Virus record (IMG/VR): IMGVR_UViG_3300026512_000003
Span: 101,428 to 165,427 of that record
Length of the DNA: 64,000 nt
Strand: one strand, 5' to 3'
Source: a virus
How positions within the stretch are numbered: the first letter of the stretch is position 1; the number at the start of each line of letters is the position of its first letter. A program made the position numbers and the translations under genes. Positions 29,370 to 39,888 of the stretch are shown here, piece by piece. The notes beneath the pieces are model-generated. The model saw nothing but the letters and a program-made list of their open reading frames with translations. It was not told where the DNA came from and did not search any database.

Positions 29370-29557
29370 AATAAGCCCTGAATTAATGGAGAAAATAGCT
29401 ATTGAAGAGTTTTTTGTAAAAATAATCTTTGATAGCTATAGATTATTAATTAGCGCTTGTAAATTTTGTATTGTTGAATTTGCGTAAAGAAAAAGTATAA
29501 AAAATTGACTATGTAGTTTTAGGCAACTTGAGAAAAATATACAAAAAGGAAAAAAGT

Positions 29558-30694
29558 ATGAAAAAATATAGATATGTTTCTTTAGAGAAAGTGTTTAATT
29601 GTGGGAGAGATATTTCAGATTATCGCATTGTAGATAATTTTGGGGTTAAAGATTGCATTGACTTGGACAAAGCATCAGCTTTTGCAAAACAGGAAAATAT
29701 TGGGACCGGACAGGGGCAGGTAAAAAGTATTGTTTCAGAAAAAAGAGACAACATGTTAATTGTAGCTACGAATGAGGTAGATGATATGAATTGTTTAACT
29801 GCTATTGTTGAATATGAGCACCCAGATTTTCTTCCAGAAGTTATAGATGAGCTAACAGAGGATATGTTTTACGACATAGTAAATAATCAATGTCTTGGGA
29901 TAGTGGACTCGGCAACAATGCTGAATGGAGATACAATTATTGTTATTGAGAGTACTACTACTGAAAGCGAATGGGGCCTTATTGGGGTTGATTTAAGCGA
30001 ATGGGCGACAAAACATGGGTACGACGATATGTACTACCAAGATGAAGTGTTTAGTTGTTCTGTATGTGGTGCGTACGATTTTTGTACTAGTGGTCTAGAG
30101 TATAATTATAAGATTGTTGACTATGGGATATTGGGAAAAAACTGCGGATGTGTAACTGAGTATGAATTAGAAAATTTAAGTGAGTACATAGGGTCTTTAA
30201 ACCTTTTAGATACTAGAACAATAAGCAAATTATATGAATCACCAGATGTTGACATTGAAAATGTTGATACGGGGGATTGTTTAATGTTTGAGAGGTGTAG
30301 ATGTCCAGAAGATATGATTAGCGAAGCGAAAGCAAAGTTTGGCGATAAGTTGTATTTTGGAGAAGGAATGCCTGAAGGAGTAGTGTTTGTTTTAGATAAT
30401 ATATATCAATTTGGTGTATCGTATAGTCTACACAAAATAAAGCTTTCTGTTGGCAAAGAGGACGATATGGTTCATGAGCTAGAAAGAGGAAATCAGTGCA
30501 GTATAGAGATAGAATATGATGAAGACGAAGGATTCTGTGGGGTAATTCGTAGAGACGACAGCTCAAATGAGTTTACAGAGTATTTTAAGACAAAAAGATT
30601 AGCCATTTTTGATGTTGCTGAAAGACTTAGCGAGGATTTGAGTATGTTTGCTATAGTAGAAGGAGCTAAGGGTGAAGATAGCAAGAGTAATTAA
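29558..30694 (+). CDS. Acidic hypothetical protein with Cys pairs
   Basis: CSVC...CGC; RBS before ATG 29558. Confidence 0.75.
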   Translation: MKKYRYVSLEKVFNCGRDISDYRIVDNFGVKDCIDLDKASAFAKQENIGTGQGQVKSIVSEKRDNMLIVATNEVDDMNCLTAIVEYEHPDFLPEVIDELTEDMFYDIVNNQCLGIVDSATMLNGDTIIVIESTTTESEWGLIGVDLSEWATKHGYDDMYYQDEVFSCSVCGAYDFCTSGLEYNYKIVDYGILGKNCGCVTEYELENLSEYIGSLNLLDTRTISKLYESPDVDIENVDTGDCLMFERCRCPEDMISEAKAKFGDKLYFGEGMPEGVVFVLDNIYQFGVSYSLHKIKLSVGKEDDMVHELERGNQCSIEIEYDEDEGFCGVIRRDDSSNEFTEYFKTKRLAIFDVAERLSEDLSMFAIVEGAKGEDSKSN

Positions 30695-30935
30695 AGAGAA
30701 AGTTTTTGCGTATTTAGCCAAATGCAAAAAGGATAAAAAAGATAAATTAATGAAAAGATATGGTTTTATAATATATTGCCATAATTGTAAGAGTATCATC
30801 AACGAGGACGAATTTGCTGTCGATAAAGAGGGATATTATATTTACAAGTGTAGTAAATGCTCAAAAAAAACAATTTTTAGATTTGATATTGCCCCTGTTC
30901 CAATTTGGTTTAAAAAAAACATAAAGGAATTTTAA
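30672..30935 (+). CDS. Zn-ribbon protein
   Basis: CHNC...CSKC. Confidence 0.65.
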   Translation: MKIARVIKEKVFAYLAKCKKDKKDKLMKRYGFIIYCHNCKSIINEDEFAVDKEGYYIYKCSKCSKKTIFRFDIAPVPIWFKKNIKEF

Positions 30936-31207
30936 TGGAAGATTACGAAATAGAAGAAGAAGTTGGATACCAACTTAGAGAAACTGAAGAAGTAGTGGAC
31001 GACTTGATTCAATGGATAAGCGAAACGCAATCAGAAGGAGACAGATGGTTAATGAAAGAAGACCTAGAATATTTATTTAGTCTTCCAGACGAGGAGATTT
31101 ATAGTTCATTGAATACAAATGAGTATATTGCTTACAGCGATGACGAGGAAGGATTTAACAAAATCAGAGAAGAGTTCCGAAAAACAAAGGAGAAAAATTG
31201 CAAGTAG
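30935..31207 (+). CDS. Very acidic small protein
   Basis: D/E-rich; TAATG coupling. Confidence 0.7.
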   Translation: MEDYEIEEEVGYQLRETEEVVDDLIQWISETQSEGDRWLMKEDLEYLFSLPDEEIYSSLNTNEYIAYSDDEEGFNKIREEFRKTKEKNCK

Positions 31208-31461
31208 ATGTAAAGTATTTAAACATGAGTGTTTTTCACAAAGCGATAGCGATAGTGGAGAGAGCAGATTTAGTCTCACAAGATCCTTTAGAAAGAAGAT
31301 GTGTACTGTATCGTAAAACATTGGCTGATTTTTTAGAGGAATGGGAAGAAGCTGAAATTGAGGAAGTTGAGAATTTCGACAGTTGGGACATGCACTACCT
31401 AAAAGAGGTATATGAAGAGGATAAAGACGGAATGTACACAGATTGGTATATTTTTGATTGA
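31198..31461 (+). CDS. Acidic hypothetical protein
   Basis: AAGGAG before TTG. Confidence 0.6.
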   Translation: MQVDVKYLNMSVFHKAIAIVERADLVSQDPLERRCVLYRKTLADFLEEWEEAEIEEVENFDSWDMHYLKEVYEEDKDGMYTDWYIFD

Positions 31462-31490
31462 AGAAAGCAAACTATGAAAGAGAGAAGAAA

Positions 31491-31838
31491 ATGAAAGATT
31501 ATTATGAAGATTTAGATGAGTGGGTAGAAGAGTTTAGCCCATTAATGGAGTTTGATGAAGACCTTGAAGAAGAAACAGGACAAGAATTGTTTTACGACAC
31601 TTCCGAATGGGACGACATGGAAGCGATGGCGAAAGAGTTGATTGAGCCATATCAAAATGGGGATACAAAACTCTATCAGCATATTTGGACTAGAGTGGAT
31701 GGCGACAACGGGAAACTTGTTCTATTGAATGGGGTGCATTATGTAAACAGACTTGACTATGTATTATGTCAAAAACCATGGGGGACAGGTGCTAAAGAGG
31801 ACGAAAATATATATATCGAAGTCGCATACGGGGATTAA
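31491..31838 (+). CDS. Very acidic protein
   Basis: HIWTRVDGD...[11 protein letters not shown]; D/E-rich. Confidence 0.7.
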   Translation: MKDYYEDLDEWVEEFSPLMEFDEDLEEETGQELFYDTSEWDDMEAMAKELIEPYQNGDTKLYQHIWTRVDGDNGKLVLLNGVHYVNRLDYVLCQKPWGTGAKEDENIYIEVAYGD

Positions 31839-31840
31839 AA

Positions 31841-32365
31841 ATGAGTTTATTTATATGTAGTGAATGTCAATGTGTAGACAATACAAATTGTTGCACAATA
31901 GGGTTGGATAAATTTGAAGACTTTCCGAATTTAAGCAAGATGGATATGTATGGCTTTGATGAAGAGTATGATAAAACAGGAGTGCGAAGCGAACGAAGAT
32001 TTTTGTGTTCAGAGTGTAATACAGGTGAATGGCATGGTGAATTTTCGAAAGAGAAAGCTACAGAAGTGGAAATTGAAATGGGAAGACAGTTAAAAGGAGA
32101 CGAACATAACATCTTTACTTTTCATCCGCTATGGAGAATTTACAGTAAAGATCCAGACAACTTTAATATGAAGTTACTTGAAGATTATGTGTTTGATACA
32201 AAGACATATCAGATAAGGAATTCTATGGAAGAAGCCTTCAAGGGAATGTTCACTGGAGCTTGTGAACCTTTTATTAGAAAAGACCCAAAAGTAGGAAGAA
32301 ATGATAAATGCCCTTGTGGATCAGGTAGAAAATACAAAAAGTGCTGTTTGACGCGAGAAGAATAA
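31841..32365 (+). CDS. SEC-C motif protein
   Basis: C-terminal [20 protein letters not shown]; N-terminal [10 protein letters not shown]. Confidence 0.85.
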   Translation: MSLFICSECQCVDNTNCCTIGLDKFEDFPNLSKMDMYGFDEEYDKTGVRSERRFLCSECNTGEWHGEFSKEKATEVEIEMGRQLKGDEHNIFTFHPLWRIYSKDPDNFNMKLLEDYVFDTKTYQIRNSMEEAFKGMFTGACEPFIRKDPKVGRNDKCPCGSGRKYKKCCLTREE

Positions 32366-32394
32366 AGTGATAAAAGTTAAAAAAAGGATAAAAA

Positions 32395-33027
32395 ATGGGA
32401 ACAAGTAATTTTTGTACAGAAGATGCAAGATGTGTGTACGCAATAGACACATCTTACGAAGATGAGAATGGAGAGCCTGTAAACGATGAGTTTATTATAG
32501 AAGACATGTGTGATAATGTATGGTATGAACTCAAAGATATTGTTAGCAAAAAAAATACAATGAATATTTCAGATTCTGTACATCATGGTTATGATTTTTT
32601 GCGAAGCTATCCAGGCCATAGTTTGGGTGAAATATCCACAAGTATAAACATTGAAGAAGTAAATATCGAGGTGGAAGTTATAATCGAAGTGCTTTGCATC
32701 AGTGGTTATTATGAAGGAGCTAATCTTGACTATATTGTGAAGTTTAGAGATGAGTTTGGACAATATTCAGATGATACAAAAAATACTATCCAAGAATTGA
32801 TTGGTTGTTTAAAGTACGGAGATATTGAGATACCTGAAGGAAAAACAAAAGAGGATATTGTAAATATTATCGAAGAAGCAGAGACAAAACTTAGAGAAAA
32901 AGAAGAAGAATTAAGAACAACTGTGGAGAATGTTTTTGGAATGTTCACAGATGCATACAGAGTTGCTGCACGGTTCAGTAATGGTGAAACTGTGTATGAA
33001 AAATGCGAAGACAAGGAAACGGCATGA
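32395..33027 (+). CDS. Acidic conserved phage protein
   Basis: MGTSNF...SGYYEGANLD...RFSNGETVY. Confidence 0.75.
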   Translation: MGTSNFCTEDARCVYAIDTSYEDENGEPVNDEFIIEDMCDNVWYELKDIVSKKNTMNISDSVHHGYDFLRSYPGHSLGEISTSINIEEVNIEVEVIIEVLCISGYYEGANLDYIVKFRDEFGQYSDDTKNTIQELIGCLKYGDIEIPEGKTKEDIVNIIEEAETKLREKEEELRTTVENVFGMFTDAYRVAARFSNGETVYEKCEDKETA

Positions 33028-33260
33028 AAGAGATGGATTTACAGGGTTGTATACAAAAACCGAGTGATTTGAAAGTTTGTAAAAAGTGCAATAGGCTGAA
33101 CTGGTATGAAAATGAAACATGCATAAGTCAAGATTGTCGTTCTGAAGTATTTTTAGAAGATGAAGATATTATTGTGTGTGTAATTGAAGAAGAGTATAAG
33201 TTCTATAAAGAAGAGGGTTTTTCAGAAATCGAGGTGGATAATATATTTATAGAGGTGTAG
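33024..33260 (+). CDS. Small Zn-binding protein
   Basis: CKKC..LNWYEN..C....C; ATGA coupling. Confidence 0.65.
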   Translation: MKEMDLQGCIQKPSDLKVCKKCNRLNWYENETCISQDCRSEVFLEDEDIIVCVIEEEYKFYKEEGFSEIEVDNIFIEV

Positions 33261-33299
33261 ATGTGAAAACAAATCAGGAAGTTTGTAAAAAAAATCCCG

Positions 33300-34451
33300 A
33301 ATTGGACGAGCTATAAAAAATATAGCTACTAAAAAAGGAAACAAAGATGGAATTAAAAATAAATGATGTCCTATGGCAAAAGCCGATCAAAAAAAACTAT
33401 ATGGGAAGACACACTATGTTAAATCCCTGTAGGGATAGGTGTATCTTTTATTTAAAAAAAGGACAGATTATGACGGAAAATATATTCAATGGAAAACAAC
33501 TAGAAGTGATTGCAACTGAGGCAGAAGCGATCAATGACTATAGCTCAGTAAGATTTTGGGTAAATGGAAAAGAAGTGAATGCTGAAAATGTAAAAATGGT
33601 TGTTTATGTAGAAGATGAAGAGTTGGAAAACCAATGCATATATTGTGGAAAAAATGAATCAAAACACTTTCTTTGTGATGGATGTGGTGCTGGTATGTGT
33701 GATGAATGTTATGAAACAAATGAGCATACAGAACACTATAACCGACCACTAGAGGAATGCGAAGATGCACAAATTGATTTAATCAAGCATGTGTGCCAAA
33801 GCGACGATCCTCAATATATATGTGAAACATGTATGAAAAAAGCACTTTCTCTGACTCCTGATGATTTTGCAAAAGAAGCAAATAAAATTCTTGAGGGGTT
33901 AAATTTAAGAGCAGTAATCATTGAGACATCAGAATTATATGGTGAAAATAATGATGAGATAAAAAAAGGAGATCCATTCTATATGGCAGAAATGTACGAA
34001 GGGTATCTGGAAGATATTGAAAGTGAAGAAGAGATAGAAAATACAAGAACAGGAAGATACTGTTCTTTAGAATCTGTTTCAGAAGAGCTTGAAAAATTCG
34101 CACAAGAGGAAAAACTAGGTTTTATTTCTAAAGAGATAGAAAAAATAGTAGGTACTCGATGGGAAAACAGACAACAACTCAAAGATTATCTATCTGATGA
34201 ATTTAAAATGGATGTTTTACTAAGTGATGTAGATGAAAGCGGCCTAGTCTGTGATTATGCTTTTATTGGAAGTCTGTTTCAAGATTATGGATATTTGGAT
34301 ATTTATTATCTAAAAATTCCTCATGGAAAAAAAACAATATATATCACAGAAGTATCTACTTCAAATGAATAATTGGGATGAGCTGTAAAAAAACATAACT
34401 ATTAAAAAAGGAAATAAAGATGGAATTAAAAATAAATGACACACTCTGGCA
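33300..34451 (+). repeat. Imperfect ~80-bp direct repeat (33300-33378 and 34371-34451)
   Basis: aattgg..gagct.taaaaaa...aaaaaaggaaa.aaagATGGAATTAAAAATAAATGA...tggca in both copies. Confidence 0.85.
33470..34372 (+). CDS. Cys-rich acidic hypothetical protein
   Basis: Several CxxC pairs; own AAAGGA RBS at 33470 inside track ORF 33347. Confidence 0.7.
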   Translation: MTENIFNGKQLEVIATEAEAINDYSSVRFWVNGKEVNAENVKMVVYVEDEELENQCIYCGKNESKHFLCDGCGAGMCDECYETNEHTEHYNRPLEECEDAQIDLIKHVCQSDDPQYICETCMKKALSLTPDDFAKEANKILEGLNLRAVIIETSELYGENNDEIKKGDPFYMAEMYEGYLEDIESEEEIENTRTGRYCSLESVSEELEKFAQEEKLGFISKEIEKIVGTRWENRQQLKDYLSDEFKMDVLLSDVDESGLVCDYAFIGSLFQDYGYLDIYYLKIPHGKKTIYITEVSTSNE

Positions 34452-34839
34452 TCCACTATCGTTGGATATTATAGAGCACAAAGTGATAAGCAAAATAGAG
34501 TTCGAAGATAGAATTATTTACATAGCGAAATCAGTACACGAGGTTGGTGCAAGTGGAAGAATAGAAGTCGAACTGTCCATAGATCGCAAAGGTGTAATAA
34601 GATTTATTGGACTTGCTGATGATTACGAGTACGACTTAGGGTTACAAGACTTTGTAGAAGGTATCTATTATAGAACTAGAAACGAAGCAAGAACTGAATA
34701 TTATATGATTCAAAAGACTTTGACTTTGGCTAATATGGAGGAAAAACAACGATTGTTCAAAGAAGCTCAAAAATCTTATGAGAGATGTTGTAAAGTCTTG
34801 GATGAGTTGAAACTTGAAAGGGAAGAAAATAAAAACTGA
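34420..34839 (+). CDS. Hypothetical protein
   Basis: RBS; 139 aa. Confidence 0.75.
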   Translation: MELKINDTLWHPLSLDIIEHKVISKIEFEDRIIYIAKSVHEVGASGRIEVELSIDRKGVIRFIGLADDYEYDLGLQDFVEGIYYRTRNEARTEYYMIQKTLTLANMEEKQRLFKEAQKSYERCCKVLDELKLEREENKN

Positions 34840-34917
34840 AGAGGTTGGCGGTAATATTGAGCCTAAAAAAGCATGGTTAATTTTAAAATAAAAAATACCA
34901 ACAAAATAGGAGAATAT

Positions 34918-35421
34918 ATGAAGAATATATTGGTAGGGTTGTTACTTATAGTTGTCAACATGTATGCTTTATCTAAAGAGCAAAAAGATGTAGCGAGATT
35001 CGTGTACGAAAAAGGGAAGCCTTTTGATCTAGGCTATACGCTGGTTGCGATTGCTTGGCAAGAATCTAAGCTTGGAAAATACCCAATAAACCTAAGTGAT
35101 CCTTCTTGTGGAATAATGCATGTGATGCCTAGGTTCCTGATAAAAAGGACGAAAATGAAAGACACTCTATGGAATAGAAGTAGGTTGTGCGAAAGACTTA
35201 TTTCAGATAAAAGCTTCTCAATAGCTGCAGCAATTCTTGAACTAAAGTATTGGCAAAATTATTGGAAATCTAGAAAAGTAAACAGAGTGTGGAGCCATAT
35301 GGTTGCAAGTTATAATCAAGGATTTGCTTGTGATATAAACAGTGAGTATGTTAAAAGCATAAGGAAATATATAAAAAGGTTACGAGATAAAAAAGAAGTA
35401 TTGGCTATAAAAAACAAATAA
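34918..35421 (+). CDS. Lytic transglycosylase (SLT) with signal peptide
   Basis: AIAWQESKLG, CGIMHV, MVASYNQG; MKNILVGLLLIVVNMYA signal. Confidence 0.85.
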   Translation: MKNILVGLLLIVVNMYALSKEQKDVARFVYEKGKPFDLGYTLVAIAWQESKLGKYPINLSDPSCGIMHVMPRFLIKRTKMKDTLWNRSRLCERLISDKSFSIAAAILELKYWQNYWKSRKVNRVWSHMVASYNQGFACDINSEYVKSIRKYIKRLRDKKEVLAIKNK

Positions 35422-35433
35422 AAAGGAAAAAAA

Positions 35434-35727
35434 ATGATAGAAGTATTAGTAACTAAAGGTAAAGAAAAAACAGCAACAATTGATCCTACTAGATTAGTTG
35501 GGGAGACATTATTGAGTTTAGTATCTGAAAAAGCAAAAAAAGAACTTTCTTCAGAGGATATAGTGTCATTTGATGGCAAAAAAGCAACCTACCGTGACGG
35601 AGAGATTATAAAACTAAGTGTTCCTGAGGAAGATCTGATTAATCAATCAATTACACAGTGGGTGCAAAAGCACCTCAAAAGTAAAGCGAAGTGTACGATT
35701 GTCGTTAGTAAACAGCGGGGAAAGTAG
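35434..35727 (+). CDS. Hypothetical protein
   Basis: RBS. Confidence 0.65.
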   Translation: MIEVLVTKGKEKTATIDPTRLVGETLLSLVSEKAKKELSSEDIVSFDGKKATYRDGEIIKLSVPEEDLINQSITQWVQKHLKSKAKCTIVVSKQRGK

Positions 35728-35910
35728 TTAAAGTAAAATTGTCAAATTATCTATATGGATTGTCAAAAATAGAAAAGGAGTTTAGAGAAAAAGGACCATC
35801 AGAGTCTTTGTTTGCAAAAGCAGATACTCTTATGAGAATGTCACCGATAGAAAATCTGATAGACAGTAGAAAATATTTAGGGCGATAAGCGCCAAGAAGA
35901 AGGAGTGAGA

Positions 35911-36348
35911 ATGAAACCAATGTTTTTAACGGAGAGAGTTAAGCAGGATATTTTAAAAGAGTGGATATTGTTTTGTCAAGATGAGAATACTTTTAGAAAA
36001 AAAGATGATAAACTCTATATAGAAACAGTAGATGATGCTAAAAAATTCATAAAATATCTTTTGGAAAAAGAGAAGCCATCTATTGAATTACAAGCTTTTT
36101 ATTGGTCTGCGAGGCTTATAATGGAGGATTTTCATCCAGAACATGAGTTGGAGATGTGTAGCTATGGCTTAGAAGTACCTAGGGATAAATGCCCTAATTG
36201 TCATAGTAATGATATTAGTGGAAGTTACTTTGAAAGATCAGGCGAAGAAGCATGGCAGCCAATAGTTTGTAATGATTGTGGTCATGAGTGGAATGAAATT
36301 TATGTGTTTGAAAAAAATGAAGATTCGGGAGAAGATTATGTACTATAA
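35911..36348 (+). CDS. Hypothetical protein with C-terminal Zn ribbon
   Basis: CPNC...CNDCG. Confidence 0.7.
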   Translation: MKPMFLTERVKQDILKEWILFCQDENTFRKKDDKLYIETVDDAKKFIKYLLEKEKPSIELQAFYWSARLIMEDFHPEHELEMCSYGLEVPRDKCPNCHSNDISGSYFERSGEEAWQPIVCNDCGHEWNEIYVFEKNEDSGEDYVL

Positions 36349-37009
36349 ACTTAAAGAAACAGACATTCCGAAAATGTCAAAATTAAACTGGGATGTGCAA
36401 CTTCAGAGCAATAGTTATTTAGAAGTTAATATCACTGAGGTCGGCTCAGAAAGAATGCCATATAAACAGTATGATTCAGAAGTAATTTTTCAGGATTATT
36501 ATGTGAAATATCAGGCATACATGCTACATATAGGTGATAATTCTAAGGTATATATATGTCCAAGAGATGAAGAGCCTACTATGGAGAATCTTAGGGAGTT
36601 TGATGCAAACGACTGGTCTGTATGGGGAGTTAAATGCTTCAATGCTGTTTATCGGGGGAAACATGGTTTTCGGACATCAGCAACTGCTCAAATTTATAGA
36701 AATGGAGTATTGTTTGACACTGTAGGTGGGAGAGACATGGCATATTCTCTGATAGAAGCTCAGGCTATAATTCATAAGCTTGACGATCCGAGATATCCAT
36801 GGTCATACTTTGAAATAAATTACGAGAAAAAAATAGTTGGATTAAAAGTAAAATGGAGAGGTAGGGATGCAGTAATAACTAGTTATATAGAAGGGCAAAA
36901 TGCTGTTATGTTAGATATTGTTGCTGAAGAAGATGAATTTGATACAGGTGAACATATAAAAGATTGGTTATTGAGTGATTCATTTGATTTTTGGCCAAAA
37001 GATAAATAA
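36338..37009 (+). CDS. Hypothetical protein
   Basis: GGGAG RBS before ATG 36338. Confidence 0.75.
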   Translation: MYYKLKETDIPKMSKLNWDVQLQSNSYLEVNITEVGSERMPYKQYDSEVIFQDYYVKYQAYMLHIGDNSKVYICPRDEEPTMENLREFDANDWSVWGVKCFNAVYRGKHGFRTSATAQIYRNGVLFDTVGGRDMAYSLIEAQAIIHKLDDPRYPWSYFEINYEKKIVGLKVKWRGRDAVITSYIEGQNAVMLDIVAEEDEFDTGEHIKDWLLSDSFDFWPKDK

Positions 37010-37022
37010 AAAAGGAAAATAG

Positions 37023-37541
37023 ATGCTAGAAGAAACAGTAATTGTGTTAGATTGTAGCACAGGAGAAGTGAGTTTTGTAGATGCAGTTTATGACCCAGAA
37101 AAAGAAGATATAGAAGATGTTGTTTTTTCTGAAGAGAGTGAGTTACACGAGTCTGATTGTAATTGGATGTCGTGTAATGCAAAACAAGTAGAGCAAAGTT
37201 TAAATGAGTATATGAAAAAAGAGGAATCTACTGAAAAAAACAAAGAAGACAAAGAGAAAGTAGTATCTGAGGTTCTAGATGTGTTTAACTTTGAAAAGGT
37301 TCATAAGACAATGGTGTTTTTAGATTGGAAATGGAAAAGTGGCAATGTTCCTACTGTGGAAGAGCTACACGAACAAGCAGAGATGTTGGTGCGAGAGAGT
37401 TTAGAAAGCGAGAGTATGATACTGTCAACAGGTGGTTTTACTGTAGTTAAAATTCCTGTTGAAAAAGACAAAGTCATGCTAGAACTAATGTTTAATGTTG
37501 AAAGTGCATACGATGTAATGGAGACTTCAAATGTTAGTTAA
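37023..37541 (+). CDS. Two-part acidic hypothetical protein
   Basis: C-half FNFEKVHKTM..LDWKW...STGGF. Confidence 0.7.
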   Translation: MLEETVIVLDCSTGEVSFVDAVYDPEKEDIEDVVFSEESELHESDCNWMSCNAKQVEQSLNEYMKKEESTEKNKEDKEKVVSEVLDVFNFEKVHKTMVFLDWKWKSGNVPTVEELHEQAEMLVRESLESESMILSTGGFTVVKIPVEKDKVMLELMFNVESAYDVMETSNVS

Positions 37542-38415
37542 AGGAGGGGTGAAATACACGAAGCCAAAAGCGTATCTCTTGAATGACACAGGGCTAGGTG
37601 TTGCGGAATTTGGAGCAAGAACGGCGTACAGTAGTTTTGATAAAAGTGAAAATGATGCCATACAAAATTTAGATCTTGTACTGAATAGTGAGATATTTAA
37701 CTCAGAATATGCAGAGACATCAATAGATAAAATAAAAGATATTGAGCACTCAAACCTGCTTGATAATTTAGCGTGGACATATTTTCATCATTCTGTGTTA
37801 GAGCACTGTATTTTACAATATATAATAAAAGGAATGAGTCGAGGATGTCTGCAGGAATTTTCACGACACAGGATAGCTTCACCAACCGTGCAGTCAACTA
37901 GATACACAATGAGCTTGGTTATCTACGCATACATAGCATCATTTTCTAACAATACTCAGAGGCAAGATTCATTGATATGGTTTATAGAAAAAATAAAAGA
38001 GCTAAATGTATTTGTTGTTAAAGGGTATGCTGAAGATATAGAGATTCGAAATCTGTTTGAAAAGCTTGATTGGCAAAGAGTTCATCTTGGAACAACCATG
38101 TTCGTAAAGATGGTTATATCTAAGGATGCTTTTACAAATGGCGTTCTTGAGAGAAAGACGCCAGAATTGATATACGATGGATTATTAATGTCAAAGGCAA
38201 AAAGGAATGCTGGAGATAATTTAAAATGGATTGTAACGGATAATTGGGCAGTTGATGTAGTGTGGACAATAAATCTCAGATCGCTAAAAAACTTTTTAGA
38301 ATTGAGAGATTCTGGAGCTGCATATTTTTTAATGAGAGAAGTTGCAATTGCTATAAAAAAAGCAACACCTAAAAAGTATCTTGAACTTATAATAAAAGGG
38401 GAAAGTAATGGATAG
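37531..38415 (+). CDS. thyX: Flavin-dependent thymidylate synthase
   Basis: HHSVLEH, SR..LQEFSRHRIAS..VQSTRYT, INLRSLKNFLELR. Confidence 0.92.
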   Translation: MLVKGGVKYTKPKAYLLNDTGLGVAEFGARTAYSSFDKSENDAIQNLDLVLNSEIFNSEYAETSIDKIKDIEHSNLLDNLAWTYFHHSVLEHCILQYIIKGMSRGCLQEFSRHRIASPTVQSTRYTMSLVIYAYIASFSNNTQRQDSLIWFIEKIKELNVFVVKGYAEDIEIRNLFEKLDWQRVHLGTTMFVKMVISKDAFTNGVLERKTPELIYDGLLMSKAKRNAGDNLKWIVTDNWAVDVVWTINLRSLKNFLELRDSGAAYFLMREVAIAIKKATPKKYLELIIKGESNG

Positions 38416-38625
38416 GTTTTACATAGTGAGAACATTTGACGGAGATTTCATAAATTTGCAAAAAATGAAATTAGAAACATGTAGATCAGTAAACCTTGCA
38501 ACAAGATTTACTGAAGTCGGAATTGAATTATTGAGAGAACAACATTGGCATGATATAGAATATCGCTTTGGTTTTCTAGAAATAATAGAAGTTGTGTAAA
38601 ATCAAATTAGAAAGGAGAATAGCAA

Positions 38626-39030
38626 ATGAAAACAGATAGTTTTAAAAAAGGCGATATTTTAAGAGTAAAGTATACCTTATTTACACATTATGGGATCTAT
38701 GCTGGTAACAATAGTGTAATTCATTATTCTGGGTTAGTAGGAAACGGAAAAATAGAAAAAACCTCCCTAGTAGATTTTGAAGACGGGCGAACTGCTGAAA
38801 AAATAAAAGTTGCTTCAAAGTTTTCAAAAAATGAAACTGTAAAAAGGGCAACTTTAAGACTTGGAGAGGATAAGTATAATGCGGTAACAAACAACTGCGA
38901 GCATTTTGTGCAATGGGCATGTAACGGGAAGCATAAAAGCAACCAAGTCAGAAAGGCAGCAATGGCTCTAAGTGCTATAGCTATCGGTGTTTTAAAAAAA
39001 AGTAATAAGATAAGGAAAAATTATGGATAA
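38626..39030 (+). CDS. LRAT-like permuted NlpC/P60 protein
   Basis: GDIL...HYGIYAG...VIHY...YNAVTNNCEHF. Confidence 0.85.
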   Translation: MKTDSFKKGDILRVKYTLFTHYGIYAGNNSVIHYSGLVGNGKIEKTSLVDFEDGRTAEKIKVASKFSKNETVKRATLRLGEDKYNAVTNNCEHFVQWACNGKHKSNQVRKAAMALSAIAIGVLKKSNKIRKNYG

Positions 39031-39241
39031 AAAATTTGAAGTATTTGCCACGATGTTGACAAGTGTTCGATACGAAGTGGTGTCTTCTAGTGAGCAAGAA
39101 GCGATGGAAAAAGCCGAGAAAATGTTCAAGTACGATAAAGATATTCTTCTTGACGACTCTTCTATTCAAGGAGATATTGTTTCTGAGAATAGTGGGGTAG
39201 ATGACGCTATTGAGTATGTCGAAAGTAAAAGAAAGGAGTAG
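39023..39241 (+). CDS. Small acidic protein
   Basis: RBS. Confidence 0.6.
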   Translation: MDKKFEVFATMLTSVRYEVVSSSEQEAMEKAEKMFKYDKDILLDDSSIQGDIVSENSGVDDAIEYVESKRKE

Positions 39242-39243
39242 TT

Positions 39244-39888
39244 ATGGAACTTAAAGAAGCAAGAGAATTTGTGATGTCTTTATCAAAAGAAATGAAAAGC
39301 CAAGATAGTAGAAGCACAAACAAAAATGCGTATGGGCTTATTTTACTTCAAGAGGAGACAATTCTCCGTCCAGATGGATATGGGAGTGAGCTGATGCTAT
39401 ATTGGAATGAGGAGGAGTATTTTGAATGGGATGAATTTATTGTAGACCTGAAAGAATATTATGACTATAATGGAGAAATATCTCTAGAAGATAAAAAACT
39501 CATCCATACTATAGAAGATTTTGGAGATTTCTATACTCTGAAGCACAGCACTGTTGTCGATAAAATAGATGGAATGATATTGGAAGTAGACAGAGAGAAA
39601 ATTGCTTGCAAATACAATGCTAATTTCTTTCTTACAGAAAAAGCATATGAGCAGTATGCAAAAGAAGATGGACACAATCTGAATAAACCTGAATCATATG
39701 GTATTTTTATGAGAAGAAACAAAGAAATGCAAGATTTAATTAAAGCTGTACACACTCTTGCAGAGTCATTTGAAAAAGAGCAGTCTGAGGTTAAAAAACT
39801 TGAAAGTATTTGTGAAGAACTTGTAAATTTAAAAAAAGGTGTAGAAAGTCATAGCTGGTCGGATTATAAAAGGGAGAAGATATGTTAA
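39244..39888 (+). CDS. Conserved phage protein
   Basis: QDSRST...FFLTEKA...HNL..P.SY...RNKEM. Confidence 0.7.
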   Translation: MELKEAREFVMSLSKEMKSQDSRSTNKNAYGLILLQEETILRPDGYGSELMLYWNEEEYFEWDEFIVDLKEYYDYNGEISLEDKKLIHTIEDFGDFYTLKHSTVVDKIDGMILEVDREKIACKYNANFFLTEKAYEQYAKEDGHNLNKPESYGIFMRRNKEMQDLIKAVHTLAESFEKEQSEVKKLESICEELVNLKKGVESHSWSDYKREKIC

